Positions 1 to 11,700 of a stretch of DNA of 64,000 bases are shown here, piece by piece. This DNA comes from Octopus vulgaris. Its lineage: Eukaryota. Where the stretch lies: NCBI GenBank assembly GCA_951406725.2, contig OX597820.1:48360001-48424000 (forward strand), in the 5' to 3' direction. How positions within the stretch are numbered: position 1 is the stretch's first letter; each line of letters starts with the position of its first letter. The translations under genes were made by a program, and so were the position numbers. The notes beneath the pieces were generated by a model that had not been told where the DNA came from, made no database searches, and saw nothing but the letters and a program-made list of their open reading frames with translations.

Positions 1-194
1 CGATGAGCGACGGCTAGAAGAATATTTAGCTTTATTTGATAACCAGTTGATCTAGGAAGCGGGACCCCATATCAGTGGTGATGGTGGTAGTTGGGGGCGC
101 ATTGGTGCCGTCGAGAGGTAGGCCCCAAAACGGCGCGCTCTCTCTCCTGATGACCGAATACACTTGCTGGATTCCGGGATGTGGACCTTTTGGT

Positions 195-390
195 ATGTCT
201 ATGTTTGTCCCCTACCACTATCGCTTGACAACCGATGTGTTTACGTACTTGTAACAAAGCGCTAGTACTTATAGAATAAGTACTAGGCTTACAAAGAATA
301 AGTCCTGGCGTCGATGTGTTCGACTAAAGGCAGTACTCCAGCAAGGCCGCTGTCAAGTGACTGATACAAGTAAATGAGTAAAAGAATAAC
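195..390 (+). mobile_element. SINE family B, 3' part
   Basis: gtttgtcccctaccactatcgcttgacaaccgatg...gaataagtactaggcttacaaagaataagtcctgg...aagtaaatgagtaaaagaata; parts of this sequence recur near 2960, 5860, 38280 (-), 47290 (-) and 61770. Confidence 0.75.
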
Positions 391-751
391 AGAATATGTG
401 TTAGCGTGTTTACGAATATATGCTTTCTCAAGCTTACACACACACGTATGTTTGCATATGAAGATTATTAGATAAGTTCATATTTTATAGAAAGTGCGAT
501 ATTTAAGCTGATATAGCAAATAGAATAGATAAATAATAAATATATATGTATATGTGTGTGTGCGCGCGCCTCTTGGGTGTTTGAATGTACATATTTGTAT
601 ATCTGTGTATGTGGGTATATGTGTATAAATGAAAACATATACATTGTTTTATTATTGTAAGTGTGGACAAAACTTAGATGTTAATAGCGGGATGAAATTC
701 AGTTATGCATATTGTGCTATACGCTAAGAACTCTACTATCTTACCCAATAT

Positions 752-1745
752 TAAATCTTTCTACTATGGGCACAAGGCCTGAAATTTAGGTTAAGGGAGC
801 TAGTCGACTGCATTGACCCTACTGCTGAAATGGTACTTATTTCATCAACCTCAAAAGGATGAAATGCAAAGTCAAACTCGGCGTAATTTGAGCTCAAAAC
901 GTATAGCCGGAAAATACGTATTTTCTCTAGCGTGCTATGTATATGCAAATATATGTATATGTATACACATACATAGTCACATATATAGCACCATTTTACC
1001 TAAGCATTTTCCCGGCGTGATAACGATTGTGCCAACTTGCCTAATAATAATCCTTTCAGCCAAAAAACTCAAGTTTTGGGCGAGGGTGCTAGTAGATTAC
1101 AGGATAAAACGCAATGTCGACCCCGGGAGAATATGAACTCAGAACGCACAAGCGCTTTAAGCATTTTGCCCAGCGTGCTATCGATTCTACCAACTCGCCA
1201 CCTTTCATTTGCTTAATAATAATCATTTCTACTATAGGCACAAGGCCTGAAATTTGGGAGCCGGGTATAGTCGATTACATCGACCCCAGTACTCTACTGA
1301 TACTTAATTTATCGACCCTGAAATGATGAAAGTCAAACTCGACATCGGCGGAATTTGAACACAGAACGTAGCGACGGGCGAAATACCGCCAAACATTTCA
1401 TCCAGCGTGCTAACGATTCTGCCAGTTCGGTGTCTTTATTATAATAATGACGATGATTATACAATGATGATAACAATGCTTTCTAATTTTGGCGTAAGGC
1501 TAGAAATTGTGAGAGCGAGAGAAGTAGCGGAACGCTTTTACTGGAATTAATTTTGATTTCAATTTTTCGCACGAGTTCAACAAGCACAGGGTCAGCAAGT
1601 CGATTACATTGACTCCGGTGTTCAACTGGTACTTATTTTATCGAACCCCAAAGGTACGAAAGACAGAGTTGATCTCGGTGGAATTTGAACTCAGAACGTG
1701 TAGACGGACGAAATGTATTTCAACATTTTGTCCAGCTTAACAATA
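752..1745 (-). mobile_element. Cluster of four same-orientation SINE family A copies (approx. 752-915, 1050-1200, 1222-1432, 1480-1745)
   Basis: Repeated reverse complement of the family A core (gaaaggatgaaaggcaaagtcgacctcggcggaatttgaactcagaacg and variants). Confidence 0.85.
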
Positions 1746-1767
1746 ACTGCAATAATAGATCATTTAT

Positions 1768-1988
1768 AAGGCGGCGAGCCGGAAGAAACGTTAGCACGCC
1801 GGGCGAAATGCTTAGCGCTATTTCGTCTGGTCTTTGCGTTCTGAGTTCAAATTACGCCGAGGTCGACTTTGCCTTTCATCCTTTCGGGGACGATAAATTA
1901 AGTACCAGTTGCGTACTGGAGTTGATCTAATTGACTGGCCCCCTTACCCAAAATTTCGGGGGCCTTGTACTGAGAGTAGAAGAGAATA
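1768..1988 (+). mobile_element. Near full-length tRNA-derived SINE family A
   Basis: Head ggcggcgagccggaagaaacgttag, B-box-like gagttcaaatt, core gactttgcctttcatcctttcggggacgataaattaagtaccag, tail ggccttgtactgagagtagaagagaataat. Confidence 0.9.
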
Positions 1989-2929
1989 ATAGATCATTTA
2001 TATGTATATGCAAATACATGTACATACGCACAAGCATACGCACCTCTCGCTCTCACACATGTAGCAACATTTTATTTTATTCACTCTACCCCCGTACACT
2101 CAGTTTAGTTGTGCGTAATGCACAAGGAAGAGGACTTCTGGATATTAGAGAAATTGATATACAAATGATTATTTACAAAATAATAGAGCCCCATTACCAG
2201 TATGATGGGACTGTAGAGAGATACCTGTCTACAAGCATAAAGATAACTATGCTTACAATTGTAGAAATACTTATATAAACAGTATTTGAATATTTACTTG
2301 TACCCTATCTCTAATCTTCTTGCTCATTTGGCATTTACTTCATACGTCTATGCCCCAAATTTTCTAGTGTACCTGAACATGTGTGTATGTGTGTGTTTGT
2401 GTGTTTGCGTGCATGGCGTGTGTGTACACATACTCATGCTCTCTCTCTCTCTCTCTCTCATATACACAGACACCTATATAAACATAAGCAAATAACTCCG
2501 TAAGGAGTGATTTGGGCGGAAGTACCGTAATCTTTGTGATCATTTGTTGTTAAGTGATGAATGACATGTCTGTCAATTACAAGCTGTGTATGATATTATA
2601 TATATATTTCATAAAAACAAAACACGTAAGCATGTAGCCAAGGGAACGATTATATTGTTTCTAGCTGAGAATGATAACTAAACGTTTTTCTGACTCTTTC
2701 TTCGAATCCCCAAATCTATTTTCCAAACATTCCCCGGATACATTTCCAGCTCTGAAATTACTCCAAAGAATTCGTTAACGTGAAAATAGAGTGAAATAAA
2801 ACAAATATGCATTCACACAGGGCGTTGTACCTTTTCTGTATGTAATATCCTGGTGTTCAAGCATTCATTATCTTCACGATCGTCGATCTACTTACTAGGT
2901 GATACCTACTGGACAACATTTACTGTAAA

Positions 2930-3060
2930 CTTACTGTATATCTGTGTGTCTCTTTGTGCTTCTGTTTGTTTGCCACCATCACTTGACAGCCGGTGTTGCC
3001 GTGTTTATGTCTCCGTAATTTAGCGGTTCAGCAAAAGATGCCCATTATACCAGGTTTCAA
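2930..3060 (+). mobile_element. SINE family B fragment
   Basis: ccaccatcacttgacagccggtgttgccgtgtttatgtctccgtaatttagcggttcagcaaaag matches the other family B copies. Confidence 0.7.
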
Positions 3061-3107
3061 AAATACATATACGTATATATATGTATGTATATATATATAT
3101 ATGTGTG

Positions 3108-3157
<50 letters not shown>

Positions 3158-3164
3158 ATATAAG

Positions 3165-3230
<66 letters not shown>

Positions 3231-3235
<5 letters not shown>

Positions 3236-3906
3236 TATATCATTATTTGATTGAACGCCACGCATCCAGTTCTAAGTAAGTTTATCTTAACCTTTTTCAT
3301 GCTACACTACTCTATAATATTTTCTCTCTCATCCTTCCTCTAATTCCCTTTTTTCTCCCCATCACCGCTTTCTATGTGTCTCTCTCACTCTCTCTCTCTC
3401 TTTCTCCTGTTCTCTCTCTTTCTCATTCTTTTTCTCACTCGTCTATCTTTATTTTTCTAACATGATCATCATTCTTTTCTTTCAGGCCTGTCTTAAGAAC
3501 TGGACGTATCCCATATCTCTCTTCTATATTTTCTCTATTCAGAGAAAGTATTTCTTCAGCGTTCGCTATTTTACTCTCGTTCTAGTCTAACAACCCTCCA
3601 TTTTTATTTTCTTTGGGTTTCCTAGTATTTCTCCTCTGTCCTGTTTTTGTTCCCAACTTTGACCCTCCATACATCCCAAAATTTATTTTGGTACTTATGG
3701 GAGCAACTGTCTTCGAAGACTCGTATTGTCGTTCAATGCTCGAAATGAGGAGTTGATAGACAGCTGACAGCGGATGAATGGTCGTTCTTTATGTTACTCG
3801 TCCTGTTTTCCATTTGTTTCTCTCGTTCATTGCGTATTGAACTCATTTGATTTCGTATTTCCTGTTGGTTACTGTTTATGACGTCCTGTACCCATTTATG
3901 AATGTG

Positions 3907-3908
<2 letters not shown>
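3231..3908 (+). mobile_element. Non-coding element flanked by (TA)n, related to 19733-20670; probably Penelope-derived
   Basis: Both flanks are (TA)n; CT-rich body; shares a GACAGC.GATGA...GTCCTGT motif and a stem-CGAAA motif with the 19.7-kb element. Confidence 0.45.
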
Positions 3909-3967
<59 letters not shown>

Positions 3968-4114
3968 TGCATGCAGAAATGCTTCGATTTAGAAGTTAAT
4001 TTGTTCCCGGACACTATTCGTAAGCAAAATAAACCTAGTAAAACGTCATGAACACGAGGTCTCGTAAAGCGGGTCGTCGTAAAGTGATGTATTACTGTAT
4101 ATACATATATCACA

Positions 4115-4370
4115 AAGGCAACTAAAGTTCCGCCCTGAGCCTTAGGCTCATAGAGCCGATTCCCCGGATTTTGTTGGTTATATGTTTCCCCTCTGCACAG
4201 GACATCGAGTCGTCACAGGGTTAATCACTTTTGCCAGCTGAATTAACTGGGGCAACGCGAAAGGACGTGTTTTGCTGAAGAACAAATCGCATCGCCGGGT
4301 CCGGGAATCGTAACCGCAACCTTACAATTATGATATCAACACCGTAACCATTAGGCTACGCGCTTTCTCC
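4115..4370 (-). mobile_element. CORE-type tRNA SINE (family C), diverged
   Basis: Reverse strand reads gcgcgtagcctaatggtt (A box) ... cgattcccggacc (B box) ... ttgttcttcagcaaaacac (CORE-like); similar to 59122-59461. Confidence 0.7.
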
Positions 4371-4656
4371 CGCCACACAACCACACACACGTACACACAG
4401 ATATGTATATGTATGTAGTTATGTATATATGTATTTATGTATGCATAGGCAGACACATCGCTAAGATTGTAGGTTTTTATTTGACTAGTAAATTTATTTG
4501 ACCTTTCGACAGATATGAAATAAAAACTGCATGAAATCCACTTGAACTCATGAATGTTGGCTCACAGAATATCACATTTTCATTAGTGAAACTAGATAAA
4601 ATAAGAATCTTACTCCGTAATCTATGTATGCACACACACTCACATATTCTTTCATG

Positions 4657-4734
<78 letters not shown>

Positions 4735-4818
4735 TATACACAGATGTAAATACATATATATATATATGTATATATACATTTATATGACTCAAAACCTGCC
4801 AAAACTGAATACGTGTAA

Positions 4819-4852
<34 letters not shown>

Positions 4853-5397
4853 ACACGCACATATACATATATGTAAGTAAATCCATTGATATAAATACGG
4901 AAAACTTACGAGACGAAATATAGTTAATTAAATGCTCACTTGTATTTCACCGGTCGTACTTAACAACCCTAGAGGTAAGAAAAGCTATGCCAAAACCCAG
5001 CGGTATTTTGAACTTACGAAGTGTACCACGAGGCATATTCCACACCACTCTCCAAGCTGTTGCCATCTACCCACCACCAGACCCGAAAGAAAATAAATTG
5101 AATTCATAAAATACAGCACGTTGCTGTGTAGCCCGAGGTTAATAATCGAAAAGTAGAATTTGTCAAGAAACGAATCGGTATATCTCTACAAAGTCACAGA
5201 AACTGATTAAAGCTGTAATCTTCTCATTTATAAAGTTCATGTTAACGTTTTACAAATCAAGTATGATATACAATTATGATATAACTGAAAACTAAACAGG
5301 ATGGTCACGGTTGGTATGTTAGACAATAACTGATTCGGTTATATTGGTTGTGACAGTTATACTATGTTTAATGTTTAAACCTAAAACAATCCTATCT

Positions 5398-5530
5398 ATT
5401 ATAGACACAAGGCCTGGAGTTTGGGAGAGGGTGATAGACGATTACATCGACCCCACTGATCAATTGGTACTTGATTTATCAACCCCGAAAAGATAAAAGG
5501 CGGAGTCGACCCCGACAGAATTAAACCTAA
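5398..5530 (-). mobile_element. SINE family A, 3' fragment
   Basis: cacaaggcctggagtttggg...cgattacatcgacccc...ggtacttgatttatcaaccccgaaaagataaaagg. Confidence 0.8.
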
Positions 5531-5599
5531 AATAATGCCGAAAGTGTAGCAATTGTTGTAAATCATTTTTGAACCAAGTAACCTGCAATCCGACACATC

Positions 5600-5730
5600 A
5601 CGTAATTTATGACTATGTAAGCTATCTTCTAATACAGTCGCGACCCGAGTGAGTGAATTTGGTAGATAGGAAATGTGGAAACCCGTCGCATACATGCATA
5701 CATACATACATACATACATACATACATACA

Positions 5731-5764
<34 letters not shown>

Positions 5765-5780
5765 CATACATACATACATG

Positions 5781-5828
<48 letters not shown>

Positions 5829-6045
5829 CATGTATGTATGTGTGTATGTGTGTTTTTGTGTGTGACGACCAATCGGTATTCCTTTGTTTACATCCTCCAA
5901 ACTTAGTGGTTCGTGAACAAATCTAGATTGAATAGGTATTGGACTAAAAGAAAAAAGCAAGTACTGGGTTCGATTGATTTGAATACAACACTAAAAGCTG
6001 TGCTCCATCATGCTAGCAGTCCAGCTGCTGAAACGCGTAACAGAT
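5600..6045 (+). mobile_element. SINE family B with an internal expanded (TACA)n/(TA)n microsatellite
   Basis: gagtgaatttggtagataggaaatgtggaaacccgtcg, then microsatellite, then tail aaagctgtgctccatcatgctagcagtccagctgctgaaac. Confidence 0.65.
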
Positions 6046-6140
6046 CATATATGTACATATTTACAAATATAGGCGTGACTGTGTGGTAAGAATAGGTGCA
6101 GAAGTGGCTGTGCGGTAAAAATCCCGCTTCCGGGTACGGT

Positions 6141-8145
6141 AGTTCAGTTGTCTTCATTGTACTATCGAAGTTGTCACGCTGGCTTGCAGCGGACGAAAGT
6201 TGTTACTGAAAGAGGCTCTACTGTAAGGTAAGACTTTCGGCTTTTTGGGCACAGTGGGGGTTCGTTTTTGTGATACTTATTTTTTCTACAAGCTAGGAGT
6301 CCTCACTGGATTCTGGGCTTTGGTCTGCTTGCAGTAGAGCATTTTGTTTTTCTCACTTGTGAGAATTGCTGTTTGGGGGCGTATCCCGCCTGCAATTTAA
6401 TTTGAGAATTGTGTTATTCTCAATTATTTGTGAGAACTGTTCCTGTTTAATTTCGTAGGATTTTTTGAGAAATAATTTTGAGAAGCTGTTTTCCAGTTGA
6501 AGGCCGGGAGTTCCGTGTCGCCAAAAATTTTTTTGCCATGTTTCGAACACTCGCTGTCTCTTCTCTCTTTTATATTAGAAACGCTGTATTGAACTGTTTA
6601 TTTTATTTTTTCTTCCTCTCTTTTTTTTAAAATTTTTTTTTTATTATTTGAATTTTTGCGAACTGTGTTTTGAACTGTTTATTCTTTTCACATGGCAAAG
6701 AACAAAGATTAATTTATGGAATGAGAAATAACACCACCCCAAAAATGGTTGCAGGAAGTTGAAAAGAAGACGGTGGTGTTGAGGACTTACTCCAAGTCCC
6801 TCGACACCATCGCCGTCTTTGAGAAAAAAGATGGAGAAGGATTTGGCAGAATATATGCCAACCATTAAGTTTATCTCTCAGGGGGTTAAATATGCAACGG
6901 TGTGTTTGCTGTTTGACTCCCCCGAAGAGGCTTGCGTATTCGCGAGCCAACCCCTGGCGGGCAATGAAATTTTGTTTCTTCCCACTTATTGTGGGAAGAA
7001 GTTGACGAGGGCTTGGGTCTGCGGTGTGCCACCCGGAATTGAGTCCGAGTGGATAGCGGATACTATCCTTCAGGGTCTGGGTGGCAGCAGTACCAACCTC
7101 CTAAATGTGAACATTCTGCCTGCGGCTTATTCGGAGGGGTCAAAAGCTGTCTTAACCCTCTGGACCCAATCAGCTGAAAATCTGGGATTTCCAAATTTTT
7201 AAAGAATGGCCGGGTCTAGGTATCCGGTGATACTTGAGGGACGCCCCGCAAGTGTCACCTGTGCCTGGAACCGGACCATATCAAAAAGAACTGCCCTAAG
7301 GACCAAAATAAGGTCCTGGAGCAGTTGATAAAGATACCGCACCCTGCTCCCTCATTGGAGGGATAGGAGGAGGAAAAAGGAAAAAATGAAAGATGGTCAA
7401 CAATGGTTGCCCGTCGAAGGATCCGATAGCTGTGGGAGGAAGGGAGGATCTGCTGGACAAATCGGAGGGACACCATCCTCCCGTGGCTCATGGAAAAAAA
7501 AGAAAAAAGAAAAACGGGACATTGCCGGCGGTTTGTGATACACTGCCGGCGTGTCCTGAAGTACCTTCCATGGGAGTTGTGCCACCGAAGGTGGAAACTG
7601 TAGGAGTTTGTGGTCTTCTTCCATAATGGAGGGAGAATAGATAACTTCATTAAAAAGTTTAAAAGGAAGAGCCGAAGACGGGATTCTCTCCTGCACGGAG
7701 GACCTGACTGGCCTTCGCATGTGGCTGCGGAGGTCATATGGGAAACGGATCTGTACTGGATAAGGAACGTCTCCCAAGAGGACACATTTAATTTTGTATT
7801 AAAGCGGCTCGACTTGACACCGTCCAGGTGTTTGACCAAAGTGAGAAGTCTAGTCGGGCAGGAAGATTTGCAACTAATTAAAGTAAGAGGCTTGGTTCCT
7901 CATTTGTATTGTTTCATCGTCGCAAGTAGCTTTTGCGGCCTTAGAACCTTGATTAAAAGCAAAAAGAAGGTGTCGAAAATGCTCGTTTTTCTTAACTTGA
8001 CGTTACATTTTAATGACCTGAAAATAAACAAAAATTAACTAAAATTAACTAGAAAAAAAATTCCAAAATGATTGAAAAATAGAATTCTCGACAAAAATAG
8101 ATTCCAAAATTTAAAAACGCAATAAATCCAAAATTTTTAAAAAGT
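6141..8145 (+). mobile_element. L1/Tx1-like element apparently carrying only a disrupted ORF1
   Basis: About 550-nt leader, a disrupted ORF with a CCHC knuckle, then an A-rich 3' region at 8020-8145; no APE or RT motif seen downstream. Boundaries are approximate. Confidence 0.55.
6692..7880 (+). pseudogene. Gag/ORF1-like protein pseudogene with CX2CX4HX4C zinc knuckle
   Basis: MAKNKD*FME*EITPPQKWLQEVEKKTVVLRTYSK, frameshift, MEKDLAEYMPTIKFISQGVKYATV...RAWVCGVPPGIESEWI...FPNF*RMAGSRYPVILEGRP, frameshift, KCHLCLEPDHIKKNCP (knuckle at 7253-7294). Confidence 0.75.
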
Positions 8146-8999
8146 GGCAGGAACTTGTTGCCAACCCAATACATAGATTTCTCCATCTTCACAGATGATA
8201 GCAATCTCCTCGTGCTTCCTCGTTTTCAATAGCCTCTCTAACTTTCCGTCCATCGACTCTCAGTCTTGCTCCGTTGCAGATGTGTCTGGTTTCAAGTAGC
8301 TGAAAGTTGTAAGTTACTGTGCGCTTCCAATTAGTCCGGTTAGAAAGTGTCGCTACTCGTCTATTGCCATAAGATTTTCAGTTGATGGAATGGCAGACGA
8401 GGTCAACATAAATAGACATCTGTACATCATTGGATTAGTGATAAACGATTGTGAACCACGAGCTGCAGTCTCTGCGTGTACGAGATTAGTACCAAGTGAC
8501 AGACCGAGAGACGAGCCGTAAATATGTGAAAGCACAGGTTTCACGTCAGACTATTTCCGTCCTAGAAGGTTGCAGTGGCAACAGCTAGGCGTCCCTCACT
8601 CATAGTTGTTTTACTGCGCACTTTGCTACCAACCAATGGTATTTCAACGTCACCGTGTTCATATGGACTGTCATATATGCTAGTTAACCCATGTCTGTTA
8701 CTCTGACAAATGCTGCTACTCCAGGTCAGAGTAGATCTGGGAACAACAGTGGCTAAGAGGTTATTTCACGCTCATCAAGATCCTGGAATTTCCGGACGAG
8801 AGTTGTCGTTGGTGGTAAGGTGCGCAGATAAAACTCATACTAACAAGCAGCCAGACTCCTTCAAATCAAGCCTTTTTAATAAAAAGGAATGGTTGAAGAC
8901 AGATTGTACAATTAATATCCGTGCCGCTATGTTAAAGCAGTATCTTTATCCTTTTAAAGTAAATATATCCTCATGAATATATGTAATTCAATGACGTTA

Positions 9000-9900
9000 G
9001 TATTTGATTGTTTTGTGTTGTATTCCAGAATGTTCAGCGTTGTGTTTGTGTGTTACAGTAACGTGGTTTAATTTGTTATCTTAGCTGCGTATTTTGTGAG
9101 CAGTGCGATATATTTTTTCTCGTAATGTATTTCAGTAGTTTCTCTTGCTTTTGTAATTGCGTGTGAAACAAGATCGACGTTGGATTTAGGAATTTAATAA
9201 GAAAAAACATTAGACTATTTTTATATTTTTGTGTTGCAGTCTATGAGGATTCGTGCTGTATAAAGACAAGCATCTCGTAACCTTTATTTGTGTTTTAGTC
9301 TGAAGTTTACTGTTTTGAAGATCTCACAATTTATACATATTTATTGCTTGTTTAGCGTAGATACATTTCCTTGGAAATTTTTCATGTATAATGTTCTCGG
9401 ATATTTGACCTTCATGTTTTTTCCTCTGTCGCTTACCATTTTTATTTGTCAAACAATGGTATATTGCTATTCATCCCATGTGTTATTTTTCTTCTGGTCT
9501 GTTATATGCTTTTGTTTTTATGATTGAAATTTGTAATGTAGTTTTCGTCTGTTTAGGATAGTAGGAAAATTTCAAGGAAGATTTGACAGCCTATTAGTAT
9601 GTCTAGCGAATGTAACAATGTCCTTTGCGTGTACTGTTCATATGTGATGTTGTTTTTGGCATGTTTCAGGAAGAGTGTGTTTGTAATGATGGCAGGTAAG
9701 ATCATGGTATTACGAGTTAGATGTTTACAGTGGTGTGCGGTTATTTTTGATACGTTTCACATTGGGTTTTCTGAATGTTCTTTTGCTCTTATTGATTTCT
9801 CTCTACCGCTTTTGAGCCCATAGAATTAAACTGAGAAGTGTTCCAGATGTGGCCACTCCTTCTTTTGTCAAAGTGTCAAATGTCGCCGCGTAGTCATTTA
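9000..9900 (-). mobile_element. Highly decayed Penelope-like RT remnant (tentative)
   Basis: Strong A/C skew on the minus strand; traces such as LHSLDILI at about 9592-9615 resemble the Penelope RT thumb motif LPFLDILI. Confidence 0.3.
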
Positions 9901-10361
9901 TAAAAAGTAACGTGTATTTGTCATTTAAAGGTAACTAGACTGCTATTTCTTGCAGGCAGTGTGACCACTTGGAAGATAAAACGTGAAAATGTTCCTATTA
10001 TTGTGCTGACATCTTTGACTAGTAAGAGAATATATTCTTACATACTTATACTTGTTTCAATAATAGGTTTGTGGCAATAAACAGCCATGAAAAATTTGGC
10101 CATTCAGATAACTTATAGTTGGGTACATATTCTATTGATCCTTTTGTCGAATCACTAAATTACATGGAAAAAGAAACATGCACCAGTTGTCAAGTGATTG
10201 TGGTCAAACACAAAGATACGCACACAACAATACCTACCTACCTACCTACCTACCTACCTACATACATACCTACAACCTTCCCGTTATATATCACGTGCTC
10301 ACGTGGTCTCACTTTTATCCTATATTCTACCACTAACTTCTCCTTGTTTCTTTTCTGTGTA

Positions 10362-10399
10362 TCTTTCTGTCGAAGAGCGTAGGCTCGAAACGTAAAAGA
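10362..10399 (+). ncRNA. Ultra-minimal hammerhead-like motif with variant core
   Basis: TCTTT CTGTCGA A GAGC gtag GCTC GAAA C GT A AAAGA: 5-bp stem I, 4-bp stem II, palindromic ACGT stem III, GUA triplet; core has A6U. Confidence 0.5.
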
Positions 10400-10460
10400 C
10401 TTGTTTTATTTTTATTCCCGATCGCCATACTAATAAAATTGTTTGTTTGTACTCCACCTA

Positions 10461-10552
10461 CCTTCGTCTTTTGTTTATTTTCGTAAACCTGCCTTCGTCT
10501 TTTGTTTATTTTCGTAAACCTGCCTTCGTCTTTTGTTTATTTTCGTAAACCT
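10461..10552. repeat. 31-bp tandem repeat, three copies
   Basis: ccttcgtcttttgtttattttcgtaaacctg repeated three times. Confidence 0.95.
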
Positions 10553-10557
10553 TCCCG

Positions 10558-10588
<31 letters not shown>

Positions 10589-10598
10589 CATACATACA

Positions 10599-10629
<31 letters not shown>

Positions 10630-11089
10630 GGAAAGATGGCAAGGCTTATTTTGTTGCTAATTCGTAATTTTGTCCAAGACTTCTTATGCAGAAAAAGACC
10701 TATAGACATATCAGTGTTGCGAGGTACAGGTAGAGCTTCGAGTTATGGCTCGTAGTTATTGATGTTGTTCTCGTTCGGAATATTCGCAGCGCCAGATACC
10801 TTCTTTCTAATAAAGTCAACGTTATTATTGTTGCCGCTGAATCCCAGGTTAGCCCTGATTAAACAACGCTAAAAACAAAATTGTTCCTTTCGTGGCCATA
10901 GAAATTTTCTGATATTGAAATATCCTATAGTATATTATCCAATCTAGTTTTATATTATATTTTATTTCATCCTTGAAATTATATTGGAAAATAATTTTGA
11001 CTTCTATTTCTAACATGTCGAGCGGCCAAATATTAGTTGCCCTACTGGTTTGTTATTTTTGAGGTCGTTATTGCTGGTAATCGAACTAC

Positions 11090-11700
11090 TATAGATTTCA
11101 AATTTCAGGAGAGGGAATAAGTCAATTACATCGTCTCCAGTGTTCAGCTTGTGCTTATTTTATCGATGCTGAAAACATAAAAGGTAAAGTCGACCAGGAG
11201 AGGAAATTGAACTCCCAACGTAAAAACGAACGAAAAGCCACGAAACATTCTGTCAGCTCGACGCTTTTAGCGGAGCGAATATTGATTTCAAATTTTGGCA
11301 TAAAGCCAGCATGTTTGGGTGGAAGAGATGTTGATTACATCGACCCCAGTGTTCAACTGGTATTTATTTTCGACCCCGAAAGGATGAAAAGCAAAGTCGA
11401 TCTCAGCGGAATTTGAACATAAAGACAGACAAAATGTCACACTGTTTTCCCGTCGTGCTAAGGATTCTTATTTCTTTACTGCCGACAAGGGGCTACACAC
11501 AGATGGGACAAACAAGGACAGACAAAGGGATTAAGTCGATTACATCGACCCCAGTGCGTAACTGGTACTTATTTAATCGACCCCGAAAGGATGAAAGGCA
11601 AAGTCGACCTCGGCGGAATTTGAACTCAGAACGTAGCGGCAGACGAAATACTGCTAAGCATTTCGCCGGCGTGCTAAGGATTCTGCCAGCTCAACGCTTT
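11090..11700 (-). mobile_element. Three tandem SINE family A copies; the last has the alternative 3' tail
   Basis: Three repeats of cgaccccgaaaggatgaaaggcaaagtcgacc-like core; tail aaggggctacacacagatgggacaaacaaggacagacaaagggattaag. Confidence 0.85.

Larger units (their letters stand above)
10274..10560 (+). mobile_element. Short Penelope pLTR-like element inside (TACC/TACA)n with 13-bp terminal direct repeats
   Basis: aaccttcccgtta at 10274-10286 and 10548-10560; a homologous copy lies on the minus strand at 23543-23720. Confidence 0.65.

Noticed and set aside
1-190. GC-richer stretch containing CTGATGA at about 147
   Set aside because: No downstream GAAA box or stems, and it is cut by the window edge; cannot be assigned
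10461-10552. 31-bp repeats here and at 34797 as a possible CRISPR array
   Set aside because: Directly adjacent tandem units with no spacers, no cas genes, and a eukaryotic context
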